Below, in pieces: positions 17,141 through 26,177 of a DNA stretch of 64,000 nucleotides. This DNA is from Deltaproteobacteria bacterium (GTDB lineage Bacteria > Myxococcota_A > Polyangia > Fen-1088). The notes beneath the pieces are model-generated. The model saw only the letters and a program-made list of their open reading frames with translations. It did not search any database and had not been told where the DNA came from. Position numbers and translations under genes: made by a program. The stretch is taken from contig JANRKS010000032.1 of the NCBI GenBank assembly GCA_033763315.1, positions 128,001 to 192,000 of the forward strand. Reading direction: 5' to 3'. Within the stretch, counting starts at the first letter, position 1. The number at the start of each line of letters is the position of its first letter.

Positions 17141-18820
17141 TCACTGCTGTGGCTGACGCTTGATAAAGGAACCGCTGCTGACGGCGGCGACGACCAGCTC
17201 TCGCAAGTCGCTCTTGTTTTCTCTGAACGTTTGGGCGACCTGCGCAGCGACGCAAGAAGTGCCCTGGTCCTTCACGGGAGCCCCCCAAAGGTAAGTCAAG
17301 TAGCGCTCGGCAAAGCAATCCTGGCCTTTTTCGCTGTCAACGATTTGCTTGATGAGATCTCCTGGTCCGCTGAACTTGCCGCTCCATCCCTCGGCGCCCT
17401 CGATCTCACTTGCAGCAATCACGTCCTTTCCGGATGCGGTTTTGGTGCGGTACTTGCCCTTCGAGTCATAGTTTTCAAGCGCCAGTCCCAGGGGCTGAAA
17501 GGTTTTGTGGCACGCGGCGCAGCCTTTGTTCTTGTCTTGAAAAGCCGCCCAGGCCTCTTGTTCTGTGGCGCCGGCAGGAAGCATGGGGAGCTGCTTGAGC
17601 AACTCTGCCGGATCAACGCCGCCCGGCGGCAGAATGTCTTCGCACAGGAATAGATTCTTCACGATCTTTCCGCGATGAATGGGCCCCTTGAAGGCAGCGA
17701 GCCAGGCCGGGTTGGTAAACAGACCAAAGCGCTGGTCTGAAGGCACTTCAGCGCGAACCGGAGTTTGGGAAGTTTGCGTCACCCCGTAAAGCGATGCCGT
17801 GGCGGCGTTCGGAAAGATCACATTGCTGGTCATCAAAGTGTTGAGATCGGGTTTTGCGCCGGCCAGCACATCGTTCACGAATGCCTTGGTTCCAGCGACC
17901 AACCCCGCCACCACATCCGTTCCCAGTTCGTTGGCTTTGGCCTCGGCCTTGAAAAGTTGCAGTTGCCAATAGATGAAGTCGGCAAACTTGTCTCGCGCCG
18001 CGGGGGTGGAAAACAAGGCGCGCGCAAACTTTTCCCGTTGTGCGGGATCGGTCAGTTGTTTGGATTCGGCCGCAGCCAACAAGTCGTCTGCGGGGGGCGA
18101 ATCTGCGATGCTGTAGGAAAGCGCCGATGCGATTTCGTATTGGTCCAAAGTGCCTTGGTTGGCTTCGCCCAACTCGGAACGAAAGAGAAAGCCGGGCGAC
18201 ATCAAGAACGCTTGAGTCGTGACCTTGGCCGCTGACTTGAGGTTCCGGGCTTTGAGTTGATTTTTGAAGAAGGTGCCGTACCGCGATGTCTCCTCTGAAG
18301 TGAGCGGACGTCGCAGCAGCTTCTTGCCCGTCTTGCCGACGAATTCATTCACACAAGCGTCAGTGACCGTGGCGGCGGCAAGGCAGGTATAAAGTGTGCT
18401 TACCTTCTCTGAGAATTTGGTGGCGGCCAACTCCGATTGATTCGAGAACACTGTGCCCAAAGCGTCGCTGACATAGGCGCGATCTGCGCTGTTGGCGAAA
18501 CCGGTTCTTACGTCCACGGAATCTCCGGGGGCCCCCTTGACGTCCACATCCGTGACACCCAAACCAGCGGCGATCGAATTCTTGAACTGTTGCGGGGACA
18601 GCCGCCACAGTCGTTGTGCGGGAAGCACCGAATCGCAGCCGTCGCCGTCGCCACCCGCACCCGAGCCGCTTCCGCCGCCATTGCCGCCGCCGCTTCCGCC
18701 TGAATCATCGTCGGCGCTGTTTGATGCCTCGCCTACTGTGCCACTGCATGCAGCCACAGCGAAGGCGATCGTGGTGATGGTCGCGACCGAGGAAAAAAAT
18801 CGAACGTACCTATCCAGCAT
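17141..18820 (-). CDS. DUF1592-family lipoprotein with CxxCH, copy 2
   Basis: Lipobox VAAC, RLWRLS..QFKNSI, LRRPL, SPGFLFRSELG, LSYSI..SPP, PIHRG…LC, CAACH, LENYD..GKYR. Confidence 0.9.
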   Translation of the reverse strand: MLDRYVRFFSSVATITTIAFAVAACSGTVGEASNSADDDSGGSGGGNGGGSGSGAGGDGDGCDSVLPAQRLWRLSPQQFKNSIAAGLGVTDVDVKGAPGDSVDVRTGFANSADRAYVSDALGTVFSNQSELAATKFSEKVSTLYTCLAAATVTDACVNEFVGKTGKKLLRRPLTSEETSRYGTFFKNQLKARNLKSAAKVTTQAFLMSPGFLFRSELGEANQGTLDQYEIASALSYSIADSPPADDLLAAAESKQLTDPAQREKFARALFSTPAARDKFADFIYWQLQLFKAEAKANELGTDVVAGLVAGTKAFVNDVLAGAKPDLNTLMTSNVIFPNAATASLYGVTQTSQTPVRAEVPSDQRFGLFTNPAWLAAFKGPIHRGKIVKNLFLCEDILPPGGVDPAELLKQLPMLPAGATEQEAWAAFQDKNKGCAACHKTFQPLGLALENYDSKGKYRTKTASGKDVIAASEIEGAEGWSGKFSGPGDLIKQIVDSEKGQDCFAERYLTYLWGAPVKDQGTSCVAAQVAQTFRENKSDLRELVVAAVSSGSFIKRQPQQ

Positions 18821-19318
18821 AACGAAACTCCACTGCGAAGGTAGATGAGTCCGTGAGACGATCCCTGATCGACCAAGACCCGATTCGGACTACGGACGAT
18901 TGACCGCAAGAACGTGCCATTGGCCTTTGAGGCAGAGCGCGCCGGACGCTTCGGTGACGCGGTACCTTTTCGCTTTGCACTTCATTGCGAGCCTCCCGGC
19001 AGATCCTTAGGCGGCGCCCGAACATCCGTGAAGACATCGGGCGATGGTTCTCATGGTGACAGAGAAGTTCTTCCGATATCAGCTACGATCGTTAAGCGGC
19101 GTCGGCTCTCTCATCCGCTCAACGACGCGAAGGCCTGCAAACAAGACGAAGCCACACGCAGATGCCCGCCAACGGCCGAGAAGCGCACAAAGTTGAACGC
19201 CGATTAACGCGCGTTTACTGCCCGACAGCCACCTGAGCGATAGAACGGTAAGACCGCGACGCCGCATCGGTCCGTTTGGCCGGCCGGGCTTGGCGTTGCT
19301 CGTCTCAAGGGGGTACAA

Positions 19319-20470
19319 GTGAGTCGAACTTTTGGTGCGGGTTTTTCTTCTCGGGTCATTCAAGCACGGCCCTCCTTGTTGCTCGGTGCGCTGCTCACGC
19401 TCGGATATGCGTGCGGCGGTGGAGGTGGTGCCGCGGACGACCAGGGTTCCGGTGGTACGGCAGGAGATCAGGGTTCGGGTGGGGACGCCGGCGGCGCCAA
19501 CGAAGGTGGTGCAGGGGTTCCTTCGGGCGGGGCCGGTGCAGCGGCTGCCGGCTCTGGAGGCAAAGGCGGAACCAGCGTCACCGGTGGGCAAGGTGGACAA
19601 GGCACCGGTGGTGCGGGCGGCGGACAATCATCGTCGGGCGGCGCTGCAGGCGCGTCAATGAGCACAGGCGGGGCGAGCGCTGGCATGGGTGGTGCGGCGG
19701 TCTCTTACGACAAGCCCTCGGTCGTTTTCGATTTCGAGAATGGAACCGTGGGTCAGCGCCCCGCGCCCTTCACGGGCGGCGTCGCGGCTGTTGACAGCAC
19801 AAAGAGTTACAGCGGGCAAAAGTCGCTCAAGGTGAGCTGCGGCGCAAATCAAACGTGCCTCTCCGAGTTGCCGATCAGAAGTTACGTAGCGGCCAACGGA
19901 AAAACCGGATACGCGCGGTTCATGGTCTATGTCGACCAGCAACCGAAAATGGGACCGAACGATCACTATGACTTGGTTCGGTTCTACGGCGCTATGGCGT
20001 CTCCGAATCTGACGCTGCCCAATGGTGCTTACATCTCCTTCGGCGGAACGGCGATGGCATCGCAGAAGCTGCATCAATTCTACAACGGCAGCGTCGGAGG
20101 AAAGTCGGTTTGGCAAGACTGCACGAAGAACAACCCCCTCGTGGTCAAGCCAGGTCAATGGCAGTGCGTGGAAGTGGGCTTCGACGAGAACAGCATCGAC
20201 GCCAACTTCAGCACATACGTCAACGGGGCCCGCGTTGGTCCTTTCACTTTCCCCGGCGATTTTGCGGCGTCAGTTTGCTTCGCACTCGAATTCTTCGACA
20301 TCAAGAATCCCTTCAAGGGCAGCTGGTACGTGCCAGCGCTTGATAAGGCGTCGTTCGGGTTCTGGACCCAAGACAACGGCGATGGTGTGGCCCCTGGCCC
20401 TGCGACCATTTGGTACGACGACATTGCCTTCAGCAAGACGCGAATCGGTTGCCCACCCGCCAAGCAGTAA
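19319..20470 (+). CDS. Lipoprotein with Gly-rich linker and Cip1/polysaccharide-lyase-like beta-sandwich
   Basis: LGYAC lipobox-like motif, long Gly/Ala/Ser linker, FDFENG, YARFMVY, WQCVEV, IWYDDIAFSKTRIGC. Confidence 0.65.
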   Translation: MSRTFGAGFSSRVIQARPSLLLGALLTLGYACGGGGGAADDQGSGGTAGDQGSGGDAGGANEGGAGVPSGGAGAAAAGSGGKGGTSVTGGQGGQGTGGAGGGQSSSGGAAGASMSTGGASAGMGGAAVSYDKPSVVFDFENGTVGQRPAPFTGGVAAVDSTKSYSGQKSLKVSCGANQTCLSELPIRSYVAANGKTGYARFMVYVDQQPKMGPNDHYDLVRFYGAMASPNLTLPNGAYISFGGTAMASQKLHQFYNGSVGGKSVWQDCTKNNPLVVKPGQWQCVEVGFDENSIDANFSTYVNGARVGPFTFPGDFAASVCFALEFFDIKNPFKGSWYVPALDKASFGFWTQDNGDGVAPGPATIWYDDIAFSKTRIGCPPAKQ

Positions 20471-20536
20471 TGCCGCTTGACCTTCGACACGTACGGTTCG
20501 TCCCTCCTGTCCTTTTCACTCAACGGAGCACGAGAT

Positions 20537-21595
20537 ATGAAACTTGCCCATAAACTAGTATTGCTTGGCATCGTCGCGTCTTGCGGGGGTGGCTCTTCTG
20601 GAAAAAACGATGACGACTCGGGTGGCTCCGGTGGCGGTGGCACCGCTGAAGGCGGCTCCTCCCCCACGGCAGGCAAGGGTGGCAACGCCGCGACGGGCTC
20701 CGGCGGAAAACCAGGGACCGGCGGATCGGGGCAAGCCGGCGGAAGCGGCGGTGGTGGAACAGGAGGAACGTCGACGCCGGCTGGTGGCAGTGGTGGTACA
20801 GCCATAGGTGGTTCGGGGGGAGCTCCCGTGGACACTGGCAAGCTGTTGACGCCGGGCATTGATGGCCCCATGCCAACTGGCAAAGGCTGTTTGACCTTCA
20901 AGGCGTCAGTGTTGGACTTCCGTTCTGACCATCCCGATTTCCAGAAACAGAACATAGGACAGACGGTCAAAGGGATGGTTGAAACTTTCCTCGGCGCTGA
21001 CGGAAACCCGGTCTACGTGCCAGGTGCCGGCGGCGTTGTGAAGGATGCCGCAAGCTTTACCCAATGGTGGAAAAGCGTGCCCAACGTCAATTCACCAGCG
21101 GACATCACGCTAACGGCGAGAGAAACCGCGCTTGGAGTTTCGATCGCAGCGCCTGCCGTGAAGGTGGGCACGGATGACAAGTACCTTTTCTATCCGGTCG
21201 ACGGTAAGGGGTTCGGCAATGTAGATATCGTTGCCCCTGACACCTACGCATCTACCAAAACGGTTGAAGCGGACGACAAAGCTCACAACAATCTTTTCAC
21301 AGTAAAGATCGAGGCCCAGTTCTATTACCAAGGCGGCAAGAAGGAACTCATCAGCATCCTGAGCGACGATGATTCTTGGGTCTTCTTGAACGGCAAATTA
21401 GCGCCCAATGCCGACCTTGGCGGTTTGCACTCCACGCAAGAGCCCGGAACCGTGGTTCTCGATTCTCTCGCCGCTTCGCATGGCCTCAAGCCCGGGAAAA
21501 TCTACCCCATCACATTCTTCTACGCAGACCGCTTCTTCGGCGAAGCGCAATATCGCCTCGAGGCCAACAACATACTCTTCGTCTGCAAGCCTTAG
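20537..21595 (+). CDS. Fibro-slime (PA14-like) domain lipoprotein
   Basis: IVASC lipobox, Gly-rich linker, DF..HPDFQ, FTQWW, HNNLFT, DDDSWVFLNGKL..DLGGLH, FFYADR. GGAG SD. Confidence 0.88.
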   Translation: MKLAHKLVLLGIVASCGGGSSGKNDDDSGGSGGGGTAEGGSSPTAGKGGNAATGSGGKPGTGGSGQAGGSGGGGTGGTSTPAGGSGGTAIGGSGGAPVDTGKLLTPGIDGPMPTGKGCLTFKASVLDFRSDHPDFQKQNIGQTVKGMVETFLGADGNPVYVPGAGGVVKDAASFTQWWKSVPNVNSPADITLTARETALGVSIAAPAVKVGTDDKYLFYPVDGKGFGNVDIVAPDTYASTKTVEADDKAHNNLFTVKIEAQFYYQGGKKELISILSDDDSWVFLNGKLAPNADLGGLHSTQEPGTVVLDSLAASHGLKPGKIYPITFFYADRFFGEAQYRLEANNILFVCKP

Positions 21596-21626
21596 CCTGC
21601 GAACAGGGAGTGGGCCGGCACAATCG

Positions 21627-22328
21627 TCACATCAACATCTGTGCGGCCCACACCTGCACCGGGCGAATCAACTTCCACGCGTAGCTGAAAGCCACGAAGA
21701 AGATGATCATCGAGATCATCGGCACCTCGCGGAGTTTGTCGAACAACACGCGGGTTTGGTGCGGCCAGAAGCCCTCCACCACACCGGCGCCGTCAAGCGG
21801 CGGGACAGGCAGAAGATTGAAGATGGCGAGGCCAATGTTCATAAACATCATCACGCCCAGCCCATAAGCCAGCACCCCCGCCGGCGAGTTGCTGTCGCCG
21901 TTTGCGGCCTGCAGCACGTGTTGCAGTGTGGGGTTCTCTGGAACGACCAACATCCCCGCGATCAAAAGCGCCTTCGCCAGACCCAAGGCAACCACGGCCA
22001 GCAGCACGTTGCCCAGCGGCCCCGAAAGCGACATCCACGCTTTTTTGCTGGGATTGCGCGCGCCCCACAGCGGATCGTACGGCACCGACGCCCAGCCCAC
22101 GGGCCACAGCCAGCCGAAGAACAACACGCCCACGATGGGCATCATAACCATGCCGAACGGGGAGCGTTTCATGTGTACGAGCGGGTTCAAAGTCACAAGG
22201 CCCGCGTCGGCCGCAAAGCGTGAACCAAACCGATCGCCCACCTTGGCGTGGCCGAACTCATGCAGGGTGGTGCTCAGGAGAAACACCAAGTAGGCGATTA
22301 GAAACTCGCGGGGCTCAATGTCTGACAT
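21627..22328 (-). CDS. Site-2 protease (M50) family membrane metalloprotease
   Basis: LHEFGHA, TLNPLVH, GWA, SGPLGN, FNLLPVPPLDG. Start set to MSDIEP. Confidence 0.92.
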   Translation of the reverse strand: MSDIEPREFLIAYLVFLLSTTLHEFGHAKVGDRFGSRFAADAGLVTLNPLVHMKRSPFGMVMMPIVGVLFFGWLWPVGWASVPYDPLWGARNPSKKAWMSLSGPLGNVLLAVVALGLAKALLIAGMLVVPENPTLQHVLQAANGDSNSPAGVLAYGLGVMMFMNIGLAIFNLLPVPPLDGAGVVEGFWPHQTRVLFDKLREVPMISMIIFFVAFSYAWKLIRPVQVWAAQMLM

Positions 22329-22453
22329 ACGCCATGCATTGTGACCGTGCGCGCATGCACTGCAAAGGCCTGGTGCAAAAATACTGCCGGCAGCCGCCCA
22401 ATCAAGCGGTCCCTGCGCTGTGCATTCGGGCAACCCTACGTTAAAGTCCCAGG

Positions 22454-23647
22454 GTGTCGTACCGCCAATTCTTGCGCCTTTGGAGCCTGGCTGCGCTTGT
22501 AGGGCTGTTTGGCTGTGACGGTGGCAGTGAGACTTTCTCCTTGCCGCCTGTGACGTCTGAAGGTTCTGAGCGCATCAGCCTTTTCAGCGGGCGCGTGATG
22601 GTGCCCGAAGGCATTGCCAGCCAGGAAGTCTGGCTTGGTCCGGGGGCGGATCGTCTCACGGGATTATCGTCGCTGGCGTTCTATGTGGACGGCGCTGACG
22701 GTGAGCGGCTGGCTTTGGGCGTTGAGGATGCCACGGGCAAGGTGGTGATCGATGCCAACGCGTCCGAGTTCTCGATCAACCGAGCGTTATCGGGCGTTGG
22801 CTCCGTCTCGGCGCAATTGCCGGTTGCATCGGCGGCTTTGCCGCTGGCGCCGCCGTACAAGTTGACGGTTCGCCGCTATCGGTCGGCGTTGCCCGCCGAA
22901 ATGATCGGCGTACGTGTGTGGGGTAAGTATCCGCGCCCAGAGGCCGCGGTGCCGCAAACTCAAGCTTTGCAAGTGCAGTGGATCCTGGCAGGCGGCGTTG
23001 TGCCCGAGCCTCAATTGCTGCAAGCGATGGAGCGGGCGCGGAACATTTGGCGCCAAGCGGGGATCGAATTGCAGGAGGCCCCGCGTTCTGAACTTGATAA
23101 CAATATCAAGCCGCAGGTGGCTCACCTCGCCATTGACGCCGCCCTGGGCAGCGACACCGCGGCTTTGAAGTCGTTGCTGCGGCTGTCAGAGCTGGCGATC
23201 GGTGACGGTTTGCCGCTGTTCTTGGTCAATGACGTGACCCTGGCGCCCAGCGGGGAATTGTGGGCGTTGTCGGGCGGCATTCCCGTTCCCGCGGCGACCG
23301 GTACGGATCGCTCAGGCGTGGTGGTCAGCGCGGCGCTGCTCAAGCGCGACCCGATGTTTGCGGGGCAGATCCTGGCGCACGAGATCGGGCATGCGCTTGG
23401 GCTGTTTCACACAACGGAGTCTGTGGTGCTGACGCAAGCGGGGGCGCCCACGGCGATCAACGATGGCCTCGCCGACACGTCTGCGTGCCCCGCCTCGGCC
23501 GATGGCAATGCCGATCGAAGGTTGTCGAGCAGCGAATGCCACGCTTACGATGCGGGGAATCTAATGTTTTGGGGCACGCCGTCGGGCGCCATCACGCTGA
23601 CACCCCAGCAGGCCGACGTGGCCCGCCGCAGTTTGTTGACGAAGTGA
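22454..23647 (+). CDS. Metzincin zinc-metalloprotease lipoprotein (M43/M10-like)
   Basis: LFGC lipobox, HEIGHALGLFH, DGLADT, Met-turn NLMF. Confidence 0.8.
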   Translation: MSYRQFLRLWSLAALVGLFGCDGGSETFSLPPVTSEGSERISLFSGRVMVPEGIASQEVWLGPGADRLTGLSSLAFYVDGADGERLALGVEDATGKVVIDANASEFSINRALSGVGSVSAQLPVASAALPLAPPYKLTVRRYRSALPAEMIGVRVWGKYPRPEAAVPQTQALQVQWILAGGVVPEPQLLQAMERARNIWRQAGIELQEAPRSELDNNIKPQVAHLAIDAALGSDTAALKSLLRLSELAIGDGLPLFLVNDVTLAPSGELWALSGGIPVPAATGTDRSGVVVSAALLKRDPMFAGQILAHEIGHALGLFHTTESVVLTQAGAPTAINDGLADTSACPASADGNADRRLSSSECHAYDAGNLMFWGTPSGAITLTPQQADVARRSLLTK

Positions 23648-23652
23648 GCGCG

Positions 23653-24054
23653 CTATTCCGTGCTTCGTAGGTCGGCGCCGCGGGCGACAGCCTTCACGAT
23701 GTCCATGGCCGCAACGATGCCCACCAGTTGTCCGTCATCGTTGTAGACCACGGCTTGGTGGACATGCGATTCCGCAAGCCCACGGGCGGCCGCGGCGGCC
23801 ATGTCGTCTTCGTAAAGCCCCAAGATGTTCGGCGTCATCAGATCTTCCACCAACGCTTCACCCTTGATCCAGTCTTGCGGCTCGGGGTTCACGAGATCTG
23901 ATTTTGAAATCATGCCGATCAGCTTACCCTCGCCGTCTCGCACAGGGGCACAGTTGATTTGCCGGCGGGTCAATGCCCACGCGGCTTCCAGCACAGAAGC
24001 CTTGGCTTCCAATGTGAACACTTCCCTCGTCATGATGTCCCGTACACGCAGCAT
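23653..24054 (-). CDS. CBS-domain pair protein
   Basis: VRDIMT…APVRD..GKLIGMISKSDL and VEDLMT…LVGIV..MDIV. GAGG SD before the ATG at 24054. Confidence 0.9.
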   Translation of the reverse strand: MLRVRDIMTREVFTLEAKASVLEAAWALTRRQINCAPVRDGEGKLIGMISKSDLVNPEPQDWIKGEALVEDLMTPNILGLYEDDMAAAAARGLAESHVHQAVVYNDDGQLVGIVAAMDIVKAVARGADLRSTE

Positions 24055-24078
24055 TGGTTTGTCCTCAGGTGCCTTAAC

Positions 24079-24095
24079 TTCAAGGCTCGTGCCAA
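24079..24095 (-). promoter_or_regulatory. Putative sigma54 (-24/-12) promoter for the CBS gene
   Basis: Minus strand reads TTGGCACGAGCCTTGAA: GG-N10-GA, with TTGA in place of TTGC, about 25 nt upstream of the ATG. Confidence 0.55.
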
Positions 24096-24255
24096 GCCTG
24101 GACGCAAGTGCACCGCTGGGCCGCGGGCGTGCCAAACGTGCAGATGCTGCGGCCCGGGCCAAGGCGCGCGCAAAAACCGCAGCGCACAGGCGGTGTCCGG
24201 CAATTATGGCCTTTGTGAGATTCGCGCGAAGCCTTAGGATCGCGTCGCTTTTTCT

Positions 24256-26115
24256 ATGACGTTGCTTTGGCGTGTGAGTCTAATGTTTATGTGCGTGGGC
24301 GCGGTGGCATGTTCGTATGCCTCGCAAGGGCTCATGGCCCCCGACGATCGCCATGCCGTGGTGCCGGCCGATGATGTGTTTGGCGACAAGATCTCGCGTG
24401 TCGTCTACCTCGACCAGGGGTGGGATGCGACGGACAGCTTGTGGTTTTACAACACCACGCAGGGCTCCAACCTGGTGCCGTACGACGTTTTCCTGCATTT
24501 GGAACAAGCGCAGAGCCAAACGTTGTTCCGCGACAACGCCAACATGAACCGCTATCGCTACTTGCCGCAGGCGCCTCACTGGGACAACCCCGACGGCCTG
24601 CCGGTGGGCTTCGTCAAAGACAGTTTTCGCGGTCAAGACTATGTGGGCTTTACGTGCGCCGCGTGCCACACAGCGCAGCTGAATTATGAAGGCGAAGGCA
24701 TTCGCATCGATGGCGGTCCGGCAATGGCCGACATGGAAGGCTTCTTGCTGGGTCTTGAACAAGCCCTCGCGAACGCCTTGCAGAACGCGGATGTGTTTGA
24801 TCGCTTGGCAACCGCCATCGCTGGTGCCGACGCAAAGGCGCGTGACGACGTTCGCTCCCGCGTGAAGGCGGCTTACGATCGTTTGCGCTTTGAACGACAA
24901 CAAAACCAATCCGCCGCGGGGCGCTACGGTTATGCGCGCGTGGATGCCGTGGGGCGGATCTTCAACCGCGTGCTCAGCCACGCGACGCCGGGCGATGCCA
25001 CAAACTTCAACCCCAGCAACGCTCCCGTCAGCTACCCGTTTCTGTGGGACACACCGCTGCACGACTTTGTGCAGTGGAATGGGCTCATCAGCAACGAGAA
25101 GAATCAAGTGGGCGCGCGCAACGTGGGCGAAGTGATGGGAACCTTCGCCACCTTCGATTTGCAAACCGGCCAGTCATCGGTGGTGCTGCGCAACCTGATT
25201 CGCCTCGAACGCCAACTGCGCGAGAAATTGTACTCGCCACAATGGCCGAGCCAGTTCCCCAAAATCGATGAAGCCTTGGCCGCCAAGGGGCGGCTTGTGT
25301 TCAAACGGTATCGCTGCGACACATGTCACGCCGACATCGGCGATCGCACAAGCAACGACCGACGCGTGATTGCACAGCTCGCTTCGCTGGATCGCATCGG
25401 CACGGATCGCGGGCAGGCGCATAACGCCGCCTATGCGCAGGGCCGCGCCGGCTTGTTCGAAGGCAAACGGTACGCACGCGGCGGTGGTCGTCACCAAGCG
25501 GTGACGCCTGTGAACAAGGCGTTGGGTTCCGCGATCAAGAAAGTGATGACGACGCCAGATTACGATCACTCGTTTGTGCGGCGGTGGTTGAACCTGGCGT
25601 ATGACCTGGCCGTGGGCTTGTTCGACACCACGATCAAAAACCCGTCGCGCCACGTGGATCACGTGAGCGTGGGCGCCGAGGAAAAGGCCGAATATCTTGC
25701 CGTCTATAAAGCGCGCCCGCTCAACGGCGTGTGGGCCACCGCGCCCTACCTCCACAATGGGTCAGTGCCTAACCTTTACGAGATGTTCCTGCCCAGCTGC
25801 AACCACCCGCCCGCGACCGAGGGCCTCTGCCGATCAACCACGTTTACCGTTGGCAGCCGCGCGTTTGATCCCGTGAAGGTGGGTTTCGTCAGCCGCGATT
25901 CTGCAAGCTTTCCCGATCTTTATGTGTTTGACACGCGCTTGCCAGGCAACAGCAACGCGGGCCACGAGTATTCCACCGGTCGCACGCCTGTGTTGAAGCT
26001 GGATGACTATGGGCACCCCGTCAAAGACGCCGAGGGCCACGTGGTGCAAGAGTATTTGCCGCCCATCACTGACGCAGATCGTTGGGCGTTGGTTGAGTAT
26101 TTGAAAGCGCTTTAG
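24256..26115 (+). CDS. RoxA-like di-heme cytochrome c protein, probable lipoprotein
   Basis: FYNTTQGS, GLPVGF, CAACH, GYARVDAVG.IFN, APVSYPFLW, CDTCH, IGTD, YKARPLNGVWATAPYLHNGSVP, GNSNAGHEY. Confidence 0.85.
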   Translation: MTLLWRVSLMFMCVGAVACSYASQGLMAPDDRHAVVPADDVFGDKISRVVYLDQGWDATDSLWFYNTTQGSNLVPYDVFLHLEQAQSQTLFRDNANMNRYRYLPQAPHWDNPDGLPVGFVKDSFRGQDYVGFTCAACHTAQLNYEGEGIRIDGGPAMADMEGFLLGLEQALANALQNADVFDRLATAIAGADAKARDDVRSRVKAAYDRLRFERQQNQSAAGRYGYARVDAVGRIFNRVLSHATPGDATNFNPSNAPVSYPFLWDTPLHDFVQWNGLISNEKNQVGARNVGEVMGTFATFDLQTGQSSVVLRNLIRLERQLREKLYSPQWPSQFPKIDEALAAKGRLVFKRYRCDTCHADIGDRTSNDRRVIAQLASLDRIGTDRGQAHNAAYAQGRAGLFEGKRYARGGGRHQAVTPVNKALGSAIKKVMTTPDYDHSFVRRWLNLAYDLAVGLFDTTIKNPSRHVDHVSVGAEEKAEYLAVYKARPLNGVWATAPYLHNGSVPNLYEMFLPSCNHPPATEGLCRSTTFTVGSRAFDPVKVGFVSRDSASFPDLYVFDTRLPGNSNAGHEYSTGRTPVLKLDDYGHPVKDAEGHVVQEYLPPITDADRWALVEYLKAL

Positions 26116-26177
26116 CGAATTTCAAGACGCGGTTTTGAACTGCCGATGTGGCTGGCGTGGCGCATCGTGGGAGCAGA

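Noticed and set aside
17127-17318. Long N-terminal extensions in the ORF track (DUF1552 copies 2 and 3, metK, vapC, hemJ, gltX, coaE, engB)
   Set aside because: They overlap neighbouring genes or promoters; downstream starts fit the SD or -10 signals and the family N-termini better.
18906-18919. Sigma54 promoter for DUF1592 copy 2
   Set aside because: The GG-to-GC spacer is 9 nt rather than the strictly required 10, so it is not listed as a feature.
19124-19170. GCAAAC…GAAG…ACGCA resembling a c-di-GMP-I riboswitch
   Set aside because: The flanks needed for the P2 stem do not pair.
19410-20830. GGC/GGT-rich repeats as a CRISPR or satellite array
   Set aside because: They encode Gly/Ser linkers of lipoproteins, with no constant repeat-spacer periodicity and no cas genes.
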